The notes under the pieces are model-generated. The model was not told the DNA's origin, did no database searches, and saw nothing but the letters and a program-made list of their open reading frames with translations. From Escherichia coli (GTDB lineage Bacteria > Pseudomonadota > Gammaproteobacteria > Enterobacterales > Enterobacteriaceae), in the NCBI RefSeq assembly GCF_044324875.1, contig NZ_CP172185.1: a DNA stretch of 64,000 bases; one strand, given 5' to 3'. A program made the translations under genes and the position numbers. Below are positions 42,679 through 54,054 of the stretch, one piece after another; position 1 is the stretch's first letter, and every line of letters starts with the position of its first letter.

Positions 42679-43249
42679 CGAAGCCAGTTTACGCCGTCTC
42701 AATACTGATTATCTCGATCTCTACTTATTACACTGGTCTGGCAGTTTCGCTCTCGAAGAGACTGTCGCAGCGATGGAAAAATTGATCGCCCAGGGCAAAA
42801 TCCGCCGCTGGGGCGTTTCTAACCTTGATTATGCCGATATGCAGGAACTCTGGCAGCTGCCGGGGGGGAATCAGTGTGCCACTAATCAGGTGCTTTACCA
42901 TCTCGGTTCACGAGGGATTGAGTACGATCTACTTCCCTGGTGCCAGAAACAGCAGATGCCGGTGATGGCTTACAGTCCGTTAGCTCAGGCCGGGCGGTTG
43001 CGCAATGGGCTGCTAAAAAACGCAGTAGTCAACGAAATTGCACATGCTCACAATATCAGCGCGGCACAAGTATTGTTAGCGTGGGTAATCAGCCATCAGG
43101 GTGTGATGGCGATTCCAAAAGCGGCCACGATTGCCCATGTCCAACAAAATGCGGCTGTGCTTGAGGTTGAATTTTCGTCAGCGGAATTAGCTATGCTGGA
43201 TAAGGCATATCCGGCACCAAAAGGAAAAACTGCGCTGGATATGGTGTGA
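42679..43249 (+). pseudogene. yeaE: yeaE 3' fragment (aldo-keto reductase C-terminal part)
   Basis: In-frame continuation ASLRRLNTDYLDLYLLHWSGSFALEETVAAMEKLIAQGKIRRWGVSNL... ending at 43249. Confidence 0.85.
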
Positions 43250-43299
43250 TATTGATACGTGCCGGATGCATCGCACCCGGCACACAACATTAACGCAAA

Positions 43300-44184
43300 T
43301 TAACGTTTCGCAACGCGAATGGATTGCGCCAGATGTGCAGGTTTTTCTTTGGTCACTTTTTGCGTTTCTGAAGCGTAAGCCGTTTCTACACAAACAAAGG
43401 TTTTGTAGCCATCGTCCGGCATATCGCCCATGCTAACTGAAAGCGCCGGTCCTGGGTTCCAGCCAACGACGTTCAGATGATGCTGGTGGCCTACGGCGAT
43501 AATACGATTCAACGCTTCGTCATTAATCACGCTGCAATCTTGCGGATTCAGATACACGCGATCGGTACGGTCAGGGAAGGTCTGAATACCGTCGGTCAGT
43601 ACATCTTCTTTCGCGTCATTCACTTTATCAATGAAGCGATCGCCCAGTCCACTGACGCTTACCTTAGTGATATCACCCACGTTAAAGTAGGTATGCAGGG
43701 CAGAGGTGGTTTCAAATTCGCCGTGTGCTTCAAGATCGATTTCACAGGCTTTACCCACGCGGAAATGCGCTAATAGCGTAAAGTCGTGCGGCCAGAATTT
43801 TTTCGTCTCTTCGCTTTGTGTCAATTCAAAAGTCAGCGCTACGCCATCAGCATCTTCACGATGTGATTTCAGCGTCCACGGCAGGTTGCGGGCAAAACCG
43901 TGCGCAGGCAGACCTTGTTGTGCAGCCGGACCAAACCACGGCCAGCAAACCGGTACGCCACCGCGAATAGCGACGCCATTTTTGAACGGTGTGTTATTGC
44001 TCAACCACAGAACTTCTTCTTCACCTGCAGGTTTCCATGAGAGAAGGTGTGCGCCCTGTAATGCAAAAGAGGCTTTTACCTGGGGATGATCGACCACAAT
44101 GAGGTCCAGTTCATCCAGTTTACGACGGGAGAGGACAGGGGAGATTTGTTCGATGACCGGAAGGGCAAAAATTTTCTTAATCAT
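43300..44184 (-). CDS. yeaD: Putative glucose-6-phosphate 1-epimerase (aldose 1-epimerase family) YeaD
   Basis: ORF 43300-44205; start placed at MIKKIFALPVIEQ... to give 294 aa. Confidence 0.9.
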   Translation of the reverse strand: MIKKIFALPVIEQISPVLSRRKLDELDLIVVDHPQVKASFALQGAHLLSWKPAGEEEVLWLSNNTPFKNGVAIRGGVPVCWPWFGPAAQQGLPAHGFARNLPWTLKSHREDADGVALTFELTQSEETKKFWPHDFTLLAHFRVGKACEIDLEAHGEFETTSALHTYFNVGDITKVSVSGLGDRFIDKVNDAKEDVLTDGIQTFPDRTDRVYLNPQDCSVINDEALNRIIAVGHQHHLNVVGWNPGPALSVSMGDMPDDGYKTFVCVETAYASETQKVTKEKPAHLAQSIRVAKR

Positions 44185-44235
44185 GACGCAGTCCTTTAAC
44201 TTCATTTTATCAGGTAAAAAAAAGAGCGACCGAAG

Positions 44236-44267
44236 TCGCTCTTTTTAGATCACAGTGTCATCTCAAC
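44236..44267 (-). terminator. Rho-independent terminator of gapA (agagcgac cgaa gtcgctct flanked by A8/T5)
   Basis: Perfect 8-bp stem with U-tract on the minus strand, directly after the gapA stop. Confidence 0.65.
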
Positions 44268-45275
<1,008 letters not shown>

Positions 45276-45604
45276 CTATTTGTTAGTGAATAAAAGGTTG
45301 CCTGTAAAATTACAAAAACCTTACGCAGCGTCAAGCGGAATCGTGTCAATCATTGCGACAAATCAATCCTGTGCCTAAGCATTACGCGACTGACTCGCCT
45401 CACTCTTCCTTTGGGCTTGAGACCACATGGGGTCGGCGTCCCGAATTTTAAAGGGCAATTACGATAAAAATGTGACTTTCATCACGATTTAGGTGCAGCC
45501 ATTTCGTCGAGATCAAGTTTAGGACAAAATTTTGCCAGTTGGTGTTAATGTTTTGTTAGAATCAGTCACGTAATGTGAGCACGATTAAAGTGAGATGTGA
45601 GCAA

Positions 45605-46018
45605 ATGGCTAATAAACCTTCGGCAGAAGAACTGAAAAAAAATTTGTCCGAGATGCAGTTCTACGTGACGCAGAATCATGGGACAGAGCCGCCATTTACG
45701 GGTCGTTTACTGCATAACAAGCGTGACGGCGTATATCACTGTTTGATCTGCGATGCCCCGCTGTTTCATTCCCAAACCAAGTATGATTCCGGCTGTGGCT
45801 GGCCCAGTTTCTACGAACCGGTGAGTGAAGAATCCATTCGTTATATCAAAGACTTGTCACATGGAATGCAGCGCATAGAAATTCGTTGCGGTAACTGTGA
45901 TGCCCATCTGGGGCATGTCTTCCCCGACGGGCCGCAGCCAACGGGTGAACGTTATTGTGTTAACTCTGCCTCTTTACGCTTTGCCGATGGCGAAAACGGC
46001 GAAGAAATCAACGGTTGA
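45605..46018 (+). CDS. msrB: Peptide methionine (R)-S-oxide reductase MsrB
   Basis: ORF 45575-46018; start at [12 protein letters not shown]... to give 137 aa; two CxxC zinc motifs and the catalytic Cys region present. Confidence 0.9.
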   Translation: MANKPSAEELKKNLSEMQFYVTQNHGTEPPFTGRLLHNKRDGVYHCLICDAPLFHSQTKYDSGCGWPSFYEPVSEESIRYIKDLSHGMQRIEIRCGNCDAHLGHVFPDGPQPTGERYCVNSASLRFADGENGEEING

Positions 46019-46059
46019 AAAAACGATTCAGCAACTTATTCCACAGGAGCGGAAAAATT

Positions 46060-46332
46060 ATGAATCTTGATGACATTATCAACAGCATGACGCCTGAGGT
46101 ATACCAGCGTTTGTCGACCGCCGTTGAATTGGGGAAATGGCCTGATGGCGTTGCGTTGACCGAGGAACAAAAAGAGAACTGCCTGCAACTGGTGATGCTG
46201 TGGCAAGCCCGCAATAATACCGAAGCACAGCATATGACAATTGACACAAATGGTCAGATGGTCATGAAGAGCAAACAACAGTTAAAAGAAGACTTTGGTA
46301 TCTCAGCAAAGCCTATTGCCATGTTTAAGTAA
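46060..46332 (+). CDS. yeaC: DUF1315 family protein YeaC
   Basis: ORF 46015-46332; start at MNLDDIINSMTPEVYQRL... to give 90 aa. Confidence 0.85.
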   Translation: MNLDDIINSMTPEVYQRLSTAVELGKWPDGVALTEEQKENCLQLVMLWQARNNTEAQHMTIDTNGQMVMKSKQQLKEDFGISAKPIAMFK

Positions 46333-46700
46333 GTGGTTTGTCCCCTTTTTGCCGCGGTTATAAAGGGGATAGCCAACAATAACCCACGACTCATCTCAAT
46401 TATCTCGTCACGACCAGGCTAAGTCCCAGCCCGGTCTCTTGCAGTCGCGTTCACGCCTGAATGACTTCTCCTGAACTTAAGTCTCAGACCTATTTGGCCG
46501 GTAATCCCTCTCAAATTTGCTCATTTTGCGTTCCGCCTTCCATCAACCTGTAACAGATCCAGCCATTTTCTGCGTAATTGTGATCTGAGTTGTAAAACGC
46601 AGATCATTATCTGTGTTCTACAGATTTAATGTTGACCTCAAAAATCATGTGGGTAAGTATGATGACCATCTAAGCAAAACAAAACACAGAGGATGACGCA

Positions 46701-47777
46701 ATGAAAGCACTGGCTCGGTTTGGCAAAGCCTTTGGCGGCTACAAGATGATCGATGTCCCACAACCCATTTGTGGCCCGGAAGATGTAGTGATTGAAATTA
46801 AAGCCGCGGCAATCTGCGGCGCAGACATGAAGCACTACAATGTCGATAGCGGTTCTGATGAGTTTAACTCTATCCGCGGCCATGAGTTCGCAGGTTGTAT
46901 TGCGCAGGTTGGTGAAAAAGTCAAAGACTGGAAAGTGGGGCAACGCGTCGTGTCGGATAACAGCGGTCACGTCTGCGGCGTTTGTCCGGCCTGTGAACAA
47001 GGTGATTTTCTGTGTTGTACAGAAAAAGTAAACCTTGGTCTGGATAACAATACCTGGGGCGGTGGTTTTTCCAAATATTGTCTTGTTCCTGGTGAAATTC
47101 TCAAAATTCATCGTCATGCGTTGTGGGAAATCCCTGATGGTGTTGATTATGAGGACGCAGCCGTACTTGACCCTATCTGTAATGCCTACAAATCCATCGC
47201 GCAGCAATCGAAATTCCTTCCTGGTCAGGATGTGGTCGTCATCGGCACTGGCCCACTCGGGCTGTTCTCCGTACAAATGGCGCGGATTATGGGGGCGGTA
47301 AATATCGTCGTCGTTGGTCTGCAAGAAGATGTGGCGGTCAGCTTTCCGGTTGCAAAAGAACTGGGTGCGACGACTGTAGTAAATGGTTCTACCGAAGATG
47401 TGGTGGCGCGCTGCCAGCAAATTTGTGGCAAAGACAATCTGGGACTGGTGATTGAATGCTCCGGTGCCAATATCGCACTGAAACAAGCCATCGAAATGCT
47501 CCGTCCGAACGGGGAAGTGGTACGCGTTGGAATGGGCTTCAAACCTCTTGATTTCTCGATTAATGACATTACCGCCTGGAACAAAAGCATCATTGGGCAT
47601 ATGGCCTATGACTCCACCTCATGGCGTAACGCTCTCCGGCTATTAGCCAGCGGCGCTATCAACGTCAAACCGATGATCACGCATCGTATCGGCCTGTCGC
47701 AATGGCGCGAAGGGTTTGATGCGATGGTCGATAAAACCGCAATCAAAGTGATCATGACTTACGACTTTGATGAATAA
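46701..47777 (+). CDS. ydjL: Zinc-dependent alcohol/polyol dehydrogenase YdjL (MDR family)
   Basis: 358-aa ORF with zinc-binding Cys/His pattern (GHEFAG; CGVCPACEQGD) and Rossmann GxGxxG. Confidence 0.88.
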   Translation: MKALARFGKAFGGYKMIDVPQPICGPEDVVIEIKAAAICGADMKHYNVDSGSDEFNSIRGHEFAGCIAQVGEKVKDWKVGQRVVSDNSGHVCGVCPACEQGDFLCCTEKVNLGLDNNTWGGGFSKYCLVPGEILKIHRHALWEIPDGVDYEDAAVLDPICNAYKSIAQQSKFLPGQDVVVIGTGPLGLFSVQMARIMGAVNIVVVGLQEDVAVSFPVAKELGATTVVNGSTEDVVARCQQICGKDNLGLVIECSGANIALKQAIEMLRPNGEVVRVGMGFKPLDFSINDITAWNKSIIGHMAYDSTSWRNALRLLASGAINVKPMITHRIGLSQWREGFDAMVDKTAIKVIMTYDFDE

Positions 47778-47803
47778 CTACTCTCCTGAAGGAACGTTAT
47801 CGC

Positions 47804-49183
47804 ATGGAACAGATAACAAAACCGCATTGTGGTGCACGGCTGGATCGCTTACCGGATTGCCGCTGGCATTCGTCAATGTTTGCCATCGTCGCGTTTGGCT
47901 TGCTTGTCTGCTGGAGTAATGCCGTTGGTGGCTTGATCCTCGCGCAGCTGAAAGAGTTGGGCTGGACAGATAATTCCACCACTGCCACATTCTCAGCAAT
48001 CACGACCGCCGGAATGTTTCTCGGTGCGCTGGTTGGCGGCATCATCGGTGACAAAACCGGTCGCAGAAATGCGTTCATCCTCTATGAGGCCATTCATATT
48101 GCCTCGATGGTGGTCGGTGCTTTTTCACCGAATATGGATTTCCTTATTGCCTGCCGTTTTGTGATGGGCGTTGGGCTGGGAGCTTTACTGGTGACGCTGT
48201 TTGCTGGTTTCACCGAATATATGCCCGGTAGAAATCGCGGAACGTGGTCCAGTCGGGTTTCTTTTATTGGCAACTGGTCATATCCGCTCTGTTCATTGAT
48301 TGCGATGGGACTCACGCCGCTGATTAGTGCAGAGTGGAACTGGCGGGTACAACTGCTTATCCCTGCAATATTGTCGCTTATCGCTACGGCGCTGGCCTGG
48401 CGCTACTTTCCTGAATCCCCGCGCTGGCTGGAATCGCGCGGACGGTATCAGGAAGCCGAGAAAGTCATGCGGAGTATAGAAGAAGGCGTCATACGCCAGA
48501 CGGGAAAACCTTTGCCGCCCGTGGTTATTGCTGATGACGGTAAAGCGCCACAAGCGGTGCCGTATTCAGCCTTACTGACAGGAGTATTACTGAAACGCGT
48601 GATATTAGGTTCTTGTGTGCTGATTGCCATGAACGTTGTGCAGTACACACTAATTAACTGGTTGCCAACAATATTCATGACCCAGGGGATTAATTTAAAA
48701 GACTCGATTGTTTTAAATACCATGAGTATGTTTGGTGCGCCATTTGGTATTTTTATTGCCATGCTGGTGATGGATAAAATTCCGCGTAAAACAATGGGTG
48801 TGGGGCTATTAATCCTGATTGCGGTGCTCGGATATATCTATTCACTGCAAACCAGTATGTTGCTCATAACGCTGATTGGTTTCTTCCTGATTACTTTCGT
48901 CTATATGTACGTTTGCTATGCCTCGGCAGTGTATGTCCCTGAGATCTGGCCGACAGAGGCCAAATTACGTGGCTCCGGTCTGGCGAATGCGGTAGGGCGA
49001 ATCAGTGGTATTGCCGCACCTTATGCCGTTGCAGTGCTGCTCAGTAGTTATGGCGTAACGGGAGTCTTTATTCTTCTGGGGGCTGTTTCAATTATTGTCG
49101 CAATTGCTATCGCCACCATTGGAATTGAAACTAAAGGTGTCTCCGTTGAAAGTTTAAGTATTGATGCAGTAGTCAATAAATAA
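47804..49183 (+). CDS. ydjK: MFS transporter YdjK
   Basis: 459-aa 12-TM ORF with MFS signature (GDKTGRR). Confidence 0.88.
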   Translation: MEQITKPHCGARLDRLPDCRWHSSMFAIVAFGLLVCWSNAVGGLILAQLKELGWTDNSTTATFSAITTAGMFLGALVGGIIGDKTGRRNAFILYEAIHIASMVVGAFSPNMDFLIACRFVMGVGLGALLVTLFAGFTEYMPGRNRGTWSSRVSFIGNWSYPLCSLIAMGLTPLISAEWNWRVQLLIPAILSLIATALAWRYFPESPRWLESRGRYQEAEKVMRSIEEGVIRQTGKPLPPVVIADDGKAPQAVPYSALLTGVLLKRVILGSCVLIAMNVVQYTLINWLPTIFMTQGINLKDSIVLNTMSMFGAPFGIFIAMLVMDKIPRKTMGVGLLILIAVLGYIYSLQTSMLLITLIGFFLITFVYMYVCYASAVYVPEIWPTEAKLRGSGLANAVGRISGIAAPYAVAVLLSSYGVTGVFILLGAVSIIVAIAIATIGIETKGVSVESLSIDAVVNK

Positions 49184-49199
49184 TACTGGTGGATTCAAA

Positions 49200-50243
49200 A
49201 TGAAAAATTCAAAAGCAATATTGCAGGTGCCGGGCATAATGAAAATTATTTCAGCAGAAATACCTGTGCCTAAAGAAGATGAAGTTTTGATTAAAGTGGA
49301 ATATGTCGGTATTTGTGGTTCAGATGTACATGGTTTTGAATCAGGCCCGTTTATTCCGCCTAAAGACCCAAATCAAGAAATTGGCCTGGGACATGAATGC
49401 GCCGGGACGGTTGTGGCTGTGGGAAGCCGTGTGCGCAAATTTAAAGCGGGGGATCGGGTAAATATCGAACCTGGCGTTCCTTGCGGTCACTGTCGTTACT
49501 GTCTGGAAGGCAAATATAACATCTGCCCGGACGTTGATTTTATGGCGACACAACCTAACTACCGCGGCGCATTAACGCACTATCTGTGTCATCCGGAGAG
49601 CTTTACTTACAAACTGCCCGACAATATGGACACGATGGAAGGGGCGCTGGTGGAGCCTGCCGCAGTCGGGATGCATGCCGCGATGCTGGCAGATGTTAAA
49701 CCGGGTAAGAAGATAATTATTCTGGGAGCGGGTTGTATTGGTTTGATGACGTTGCAAGCGTGCAAATGCCTGGGAGCTACGGATATTGCCGTCGTTGATG
49801 TACTGGAAAAACGTCTGACAATGGCGGAACAGCTCGGCGCGACAGTGGTTATTAACGGCGCAAAAGAAGACACTATTGCACGCTGTCAGCAATTTACCGA
49901 AGAAATGGGCGCAGATATTGTTTTCGAAACAGCGGGTTCTGCGGTCACCGTTAAACAGGCACCTTATCTGGTAATGCGCGGCGGTAAAATTATGATTGTT
50001 GGTACTGTACCGGGCGATTCGGCAATCAATTTCCTCAAAATCAATCGCGAAGTCACTATTCAGACAGTATTCCGCTATGCCAATCGTTATCCGGTCACGA
50101 TTGAAGCTATTTCCTCAGGGCGATTCGATGTGAAATCGATGGTGACACATATTTACGATTATCAGGATGTACAACAGGCATTTGAAGAGTCGGTTAACAA
50201 CAAACGCGACATTATTAAAGGCGTTATTAAAATTAGCGATTAA
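49200..50243 (+). CDS. ydjJ: Zinc-dependent alcohol/polyol dehydrogenase YdjJ (MDR family)
   Basis: 347-aa ORF with zinc ligands (GHECAG; CGHCRYCLEG) and GAGCIG nucleotide-binding motif. Confidence 0.88.
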   Translation: MKNSKAILQVPGIMKIISAEIPVPKEDEVLIKVEYVGICGSDVHGFESGPFIPPKDPNQEIGLGHECAGTVVAVGSRVRKFKAGDRVNIEPGVPCGHCRYCLEGKYNICPDVDFMATQPNYRGALTHYLCHPESFTYKLPDNMDTMEGALVEPAAVGMHAAMLADVKPGKKIIILGAGCIGLMTLQACKCLGATDIAVVDVLEKRLTMAEQLGATVVINGAKEDTIARCQQFTEEMGADIVFETAGSAVTVKQAPYLVMRGGKIMIVGTVPGDSAINFLKINREVTIQTVFRYANRYPVTIEAISSGRFDVKSMVTHIYDYQDVQQAFEESVNNKRDIIKGVIKISD

Positions 50244-50263
50244 TTAATACGGGAGAACAGAAT

Positions 50264-51100
50264 ATGCTCGCAGATATCAGATATTGGGAAAACGATGCTA
50301 CAAATAAACATTATGCAATTGCCCATTTTAACGTATGGAATGCAGAAATGTTGATGGGCGTTATCGACGCAGCCGAAGAAGCGAAATCACCGGTTATTAT
50401 TTCTTTTGGTACAGGTTTTGTCGGGAACACCTCATTTGAAGATTTCTCTCACATGATGGTATCAATGGCAAAAAAAGCAACGGTGCCGGTAATAACTCAT
50501 TGGGATCATGGTCGGAGTATGGAAATTATTCATAACGCCTGGACTCATGGTATGAATTCATTAATGCGTGATGCTTCCGCATTTGATTTCGAAGAAAATA
50601 TTCGTTTAACCAAAGAGGCTGTTGATTTCTTCCATCCGCTGGGTATTCCGGTAGAGGCAGAATTAGGGCATGTCGGCAATGAAACCGTTTATGAAGAAGC
50701 GCTGGCGGGCTATCACTATACCGATCCTGACCAGGCGGCTGAATTTGTTGAACGTACGGGCTGTGACTCATTGGCTGTCGCCATCGGCAACCAGCATGGG
50801 GTTTATACGTCAGAGCCACAATTGAACTTTGAGGTCGTCAAACGCGTACGCGATGCTGTTTCTGTTCCGCTGGTTTTGCACGGCGCATCGGGGATCAGTG
50901 ATACCGACATTAAAACTGCAATTTCGTTGGGTATCGCGAAAATCAACATTCATACGGAGCTCTGTCAGGCCGCAATGGTAGCAGTGAAAGAAAACCAGGA
51001 TCAGCCTTTCCTGCATTTAGAACGTGAAGTACGTAAAGCTGTAAAAGAACGGGCATTGGAAAAAATTAAACTGTTCGGTTCTGATGGCAAAGCGGAATAA
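50264..51100 (+). CDS. ydjI: Class II (zinc) ketose-bisphosphate aldolase YdjI
   Basis: 278-aa ORF of the FbaA/GatY/KbaY-like aldolase family. Confidence 0.9.
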   Translation: MLADIRYWENDATNKHYAIAHFNVWNAEMLMGVIDAAEEAKSPVIISFGTGFVGNTSFEDFSHMMVSMAKKATVPVITHWDHGRSMEIIHNAWTHGMNSLMRDASAFDFEENIRLTKEAVDFFHPLGIPVEAELGHVGNETVYEEALAGYHYTDPDQAAEFVERTGCDSLAVAIGNQHGVYTSEPQLNFEVVKRVRDAVSVPLVLHGASGISDTDIKTAISLGIAKINIHTELCQAAMVAVKENQDQPFLHLEREVRKAVKERALEKIKLFGSDGKAE

Positions 51101-51104
51101 TGAT

Positions 51105-52052
51105 ATGGATAATCTCGACGTTATTTGTATAGGTGCCGCTATTGTTGATATTCCATTGCAACCGGTCAGTAAAAATATCTTTGATGTGGATTCTTATCCT
51201 CTTGAAAGAATCGCAATGACCACCGGGGGTGATGCAATAAATGAAGCAACAATTATTTCTCGTCTGGGCCATCGCACAGCATTAATGAGTCGTGTTGGTA
51301 AAGATGCCGCAGGACAATTTATTCTCGACCATTGCCGCAAAGAGAATATTGATATTCAAAGCCTGAAGCAGGACGTCAGCATAGATACCTCTATTAACGT
51401 TGGACTGGTGACGGAGGATGGCGAGCGGACGTTTGTCACAAACCGTAACGGCAGTCTGTGGAAATTGAATATTGACGATGTTGATTTTGCGCGGTTTTCT
51501 CAGGCGAAATTATTATCACTGGCCAGTATTTTCAACAGTCCTCTATTGGATGGTAAAGCGCTAACAGAAATTTTTACGCAAGCTAAAGCCCGGCAGATGA
51601 TTATCTGTGCCGATATGATCAAACCACGGTTGAATGAAACGCTGGATGATATTTGCGAAGCATTGAGTTTTGTCGATTATCTATTTCCTAATTTTGCCGA
51701 GGCAAAATTACTCACCGGGAAAGAGACACTGGATGAAATTGCTGACTGCTTTCTTGCGTGCGGCGTAAAAACGGTGGTGATTAAAACGGGTAAAGACGGC
51801 TGCTTTATCAAGCGTGGTGACATGACGATGAAGGTGCCGGCGGTCGCAGGAATAACCGCCATCGACACCATTGGCGCGGGCGATAACTTTGCTTCAGGTT
51901 TTATTGCGGCACTGTTAGAAGGCAAAAATCTGCGTGAATGCGCACGCTTTGCCAATGCAACGGCGGCTATCTCGGTTCTAAGCGTCGGTGCCACCACCGG
52001 CGTAAAAAACAGAAAGCTGGTCGAACAATTGCTGGAAGAATACGAAGGATAA
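51105..52052 (+). CDS. ydjH: PfkB-family sugar kinase YdjH
   Basis: ORF 51084-52052; start at MDNLDVICIGAAIVD... to give 315 aa; ribokinase-like GAGD motif near the C-terminus. Confidence 0.88.
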   Translation: MDNLDVICIGAAIVDIPLQPVSKNIFDVDSYPLERIAMTTGGDAINEATIISRLGHRTALMSRVGKDAAGQFILDHCRKENIDIQSLKQDVSIDTSINVGLVTEDGERTFVTNRNGSLWKLNIDDVDFARFSQAKLLSLASIFNSPLLDGKALTEIFTQAKARQMIICADMIKPRLNETLDDICEALSFVDYLFPNFAEAKLLTGKETLDEIADCFLACGVKTVVIKTGKDGCFIKRGDMTMKVPAVAGITAIDTIGAGDNFASGFIAALLEGKNLRECARFANATAAISVLSVGATTGVKNRKLVEQLLEEYEG

Positions 52053-52061
52053 TGAAGGCAA

Positions 52062-53042
52062 ATGAAAAAGATACCTTTAGGCACAACGGATATTACGCTT
52101 TCGCGAATGGGGTTGGGGACATGGGCCATTGGCGGCGGTCCTGCATGGAATGGCGATCTCGATCAGCAAATATGTATTGATACGATTCTTGAAGCCCATC
52201 GTTGTGGCATTAATCTGATTGATACTGCGCCAGGATATAACTTTGGCAATAGTGAAGTTATCGTCGGTCAGGCGTTAAAAAAACTGCCCCGTGAACAGGT
52301 TGTAGTAGAAACCAAATGCGGCATTGTCTGGGAACGAAAAGGAAGTTTATTCAACAAAGTTGGCGATCGGCAGTTGTATAAAAACCTTTCCCCGGAATCT
52401 ATCCGCGAAGAGGTAGAAGCCAGCTTGCAACGTCTGGGTATTGATTACATCGATATCTACATGACGCACTGGCAGTCGGTGCCGCCATTTTTTACGCCGA
52501 TCGCTGAAACTGTCGCAGTGCTCAATGAGTTAAAGGCCGAAGGGAAAATTCGCGCTATAGGCGCTGCTAACGTCGATGCTGACCATATCCGCGAGTATCT
52601 GCAATATGGTGAACTGGATATTATTCAGGCGAAATACAGTATCCTCGACCGGGCAATGGAAAGCGAACTGCTGCCGCTATGTCGTGATAATGGCATTGTG
52701 GTACAGGTTTATTCCCCGTTAGAGCAGGGATTGTTGACCGGTACCATCACTCGTGATTACGTCCCGGGCGGCGCTCGGGCAAATAAAGTCTGGTTCCAGC
52801 GTGAAAACATGCTGAAAGTGATTGATATGCTTGAACAGTGGCAGCCACTCTGTGCTCGTTATCAGTGCACAATTCCCACTCTGGCACTGGCGTGGATATT
52901 AAAACAGAGTGATTTAATCTCCATTCTTAGTGGGGCTACTGCACCGGAACAGGTACGCGAAAATGTCGCGGCATTGAATATCAACTTATCGGATGCAGAC
53001 GCAACATTGATGAGGGAAATGGCAGAGGCCCTGGAGCGTTAA
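52062..53042 (+). CDS. ydjG: Aldo-keto reductase YdjG
   Basis: 326-aa ORF MKKIPLGTTDITLSRMGLGTWAIGG... with AKR catalytic tetrad context. Confidence 0.9.
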   Translation: MKKIPLGTTDITLSRMGLGTWAIGGGPAWNGDLDQQICIDTILEAHRCGINLIDTAPGYNFGNSEVIVGQALKKLPREQVVVETKCGIVWERKGSLFNKVGDRQLYKNLSPESIREEVEASLQRLGIDYIDIYMTHWQSVPPFFTPIAETVAVLNELKAEGKIRAIGAANVDADHIREYLQYGELDIIQAKYSILDRAMESELLPLCRDNGIVVQVYSPLEQGLLTGTITRDYVPGGARANKVWFQRENMLKVIDMLEQWQPLCARYQCTIPTLALAWILKQSDLISILSGATAPEQVRENVAALNINLSDADATLMREMAEALER

Positions 53043-53178
53043 ATACTCAACACGATTCACCTCTGTTTCTGTGAAAACTGTGATGAAAATCTGTGATTCA
53101 AACAGGTTATTTTGAAAGTAAACATCAATTATGCGATAATCGCGCTAATGTGATGTAAAAAGATACAGGGGTGTAATC

Positions 53179-53937
53179 GTGGCGGCAAAAGACAGGATTC
53201 AGGCAATTAAGCAAATGGTTGCCAACGATAAAAAGGTGACAGTCTCAAATTTGAGTGGGATTTTTCAGGTAACCGAAGAAACCATTCGCCGCGATCTTGA
53301 GAAGCTGGAAGATGAAGGCTTTTTGACCAGAACCTATGGTGGTGCTGTTTTAAATACAGCGATGTTGACGGAGAATATCCATTTTTATAAGCGCGCTTCA
53401 TCGTTTTATGAAGAGAAGCAGCTTATTGCACGCAAGGCACTACCCTTTATCGACAATAAAACCACCATGGCAGCCGATTCCAGTAGTACCGTAATGGAAT
53501 TGCTCAAATTGTTACAGGACCGTAGTGACCTGACGTTGCTAACCAACTCGGCGGAAGCGATTCATGTTCTGGCTCAGTCAGAAATTAAAGTCGTTTCAAC
53601 GGGTGGGGAACTAAACAAAAATACACTTTCCCTGCAAGGAAGAATTACTAAAGAGATCATCAGCCGCTACCATGTCGATATCATGGTAATGAGTTGTAAA
53701 GGTCTAGATATTAACAGTGGCGCGCTGGACTCTAACGAAGCGGAAGCTGAAATCAAAAAGACAATGATCCGTCAGGCGACAGAGGTTGCGTTATTGGTTG
53801 ATCACTCTAAGTTTGATCGCAAAGCTTTTGTCCAGTTAGCTGACTTTAGTCATATTAATTACATAATAACTGATAAATCACCGGGTGCAGAGTGGATAGC
53901 ATTTTGCAAAGACAATAATATCCAGCTGGTGTGGTAA
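53179..53937 (+). CDS. ydjF: DeoR-family transcriptional regulator YdjF
   Basis: 252-aa ORF with GTG start; N-terminal HTH and C-terminal sugar-phosphate-binding (DeoR C) domain. Confidence 0.88.
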   Translation: MAAKDRIQAIKQMVANDKKVTVSNLSGIFQVTEETIRRDLEKLEDEGFLTRTYGGAVLNTAMLTENIHFYKRASSFYEEKQLIARKALPFIDNKTTMAADSSSTVMELLKLLQDRSDLTLLTNSAEAIHVLAQSEIKVVSTGGELNKNTLSLQGRITKEIISRYHVDIMVMSCKGLDINSGALDSNEAEAEIKKTMIRQATEVALLVDHSKFDRKAFVQLADFSHINYIITDKSPGAEWIAFCKDNNIQLVW

Positions 53938-54054
53938 TTTAAGCACACGTTGTCAATATTATTTGTTCCTGCGCCTGGAAAATAAAATGATGGTAAAGAT
54001 GCGGCAAGTGAATTTGCCGCAATTGCTACCTTTTTAGCAAATCCGAGGCACCTA

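Noticed and set aside
43259-43283. Palindrome gtgccgg...ccggcac between yeaE and yeaD as a possible REP element or terminator
   Set aside because: It has no flanking U-tract and only partial similarity to the REP consensus; it could be a weak terminator but the evidence is insufficient to call it.
46638-47600. 320-codon minus-strand ORF overlapping ydjL
   Set aside because: Antisense to a dehydrogenase gene with clear zinc-binding and Rossmann motifs; the composition is low-complexity and not protein-like.
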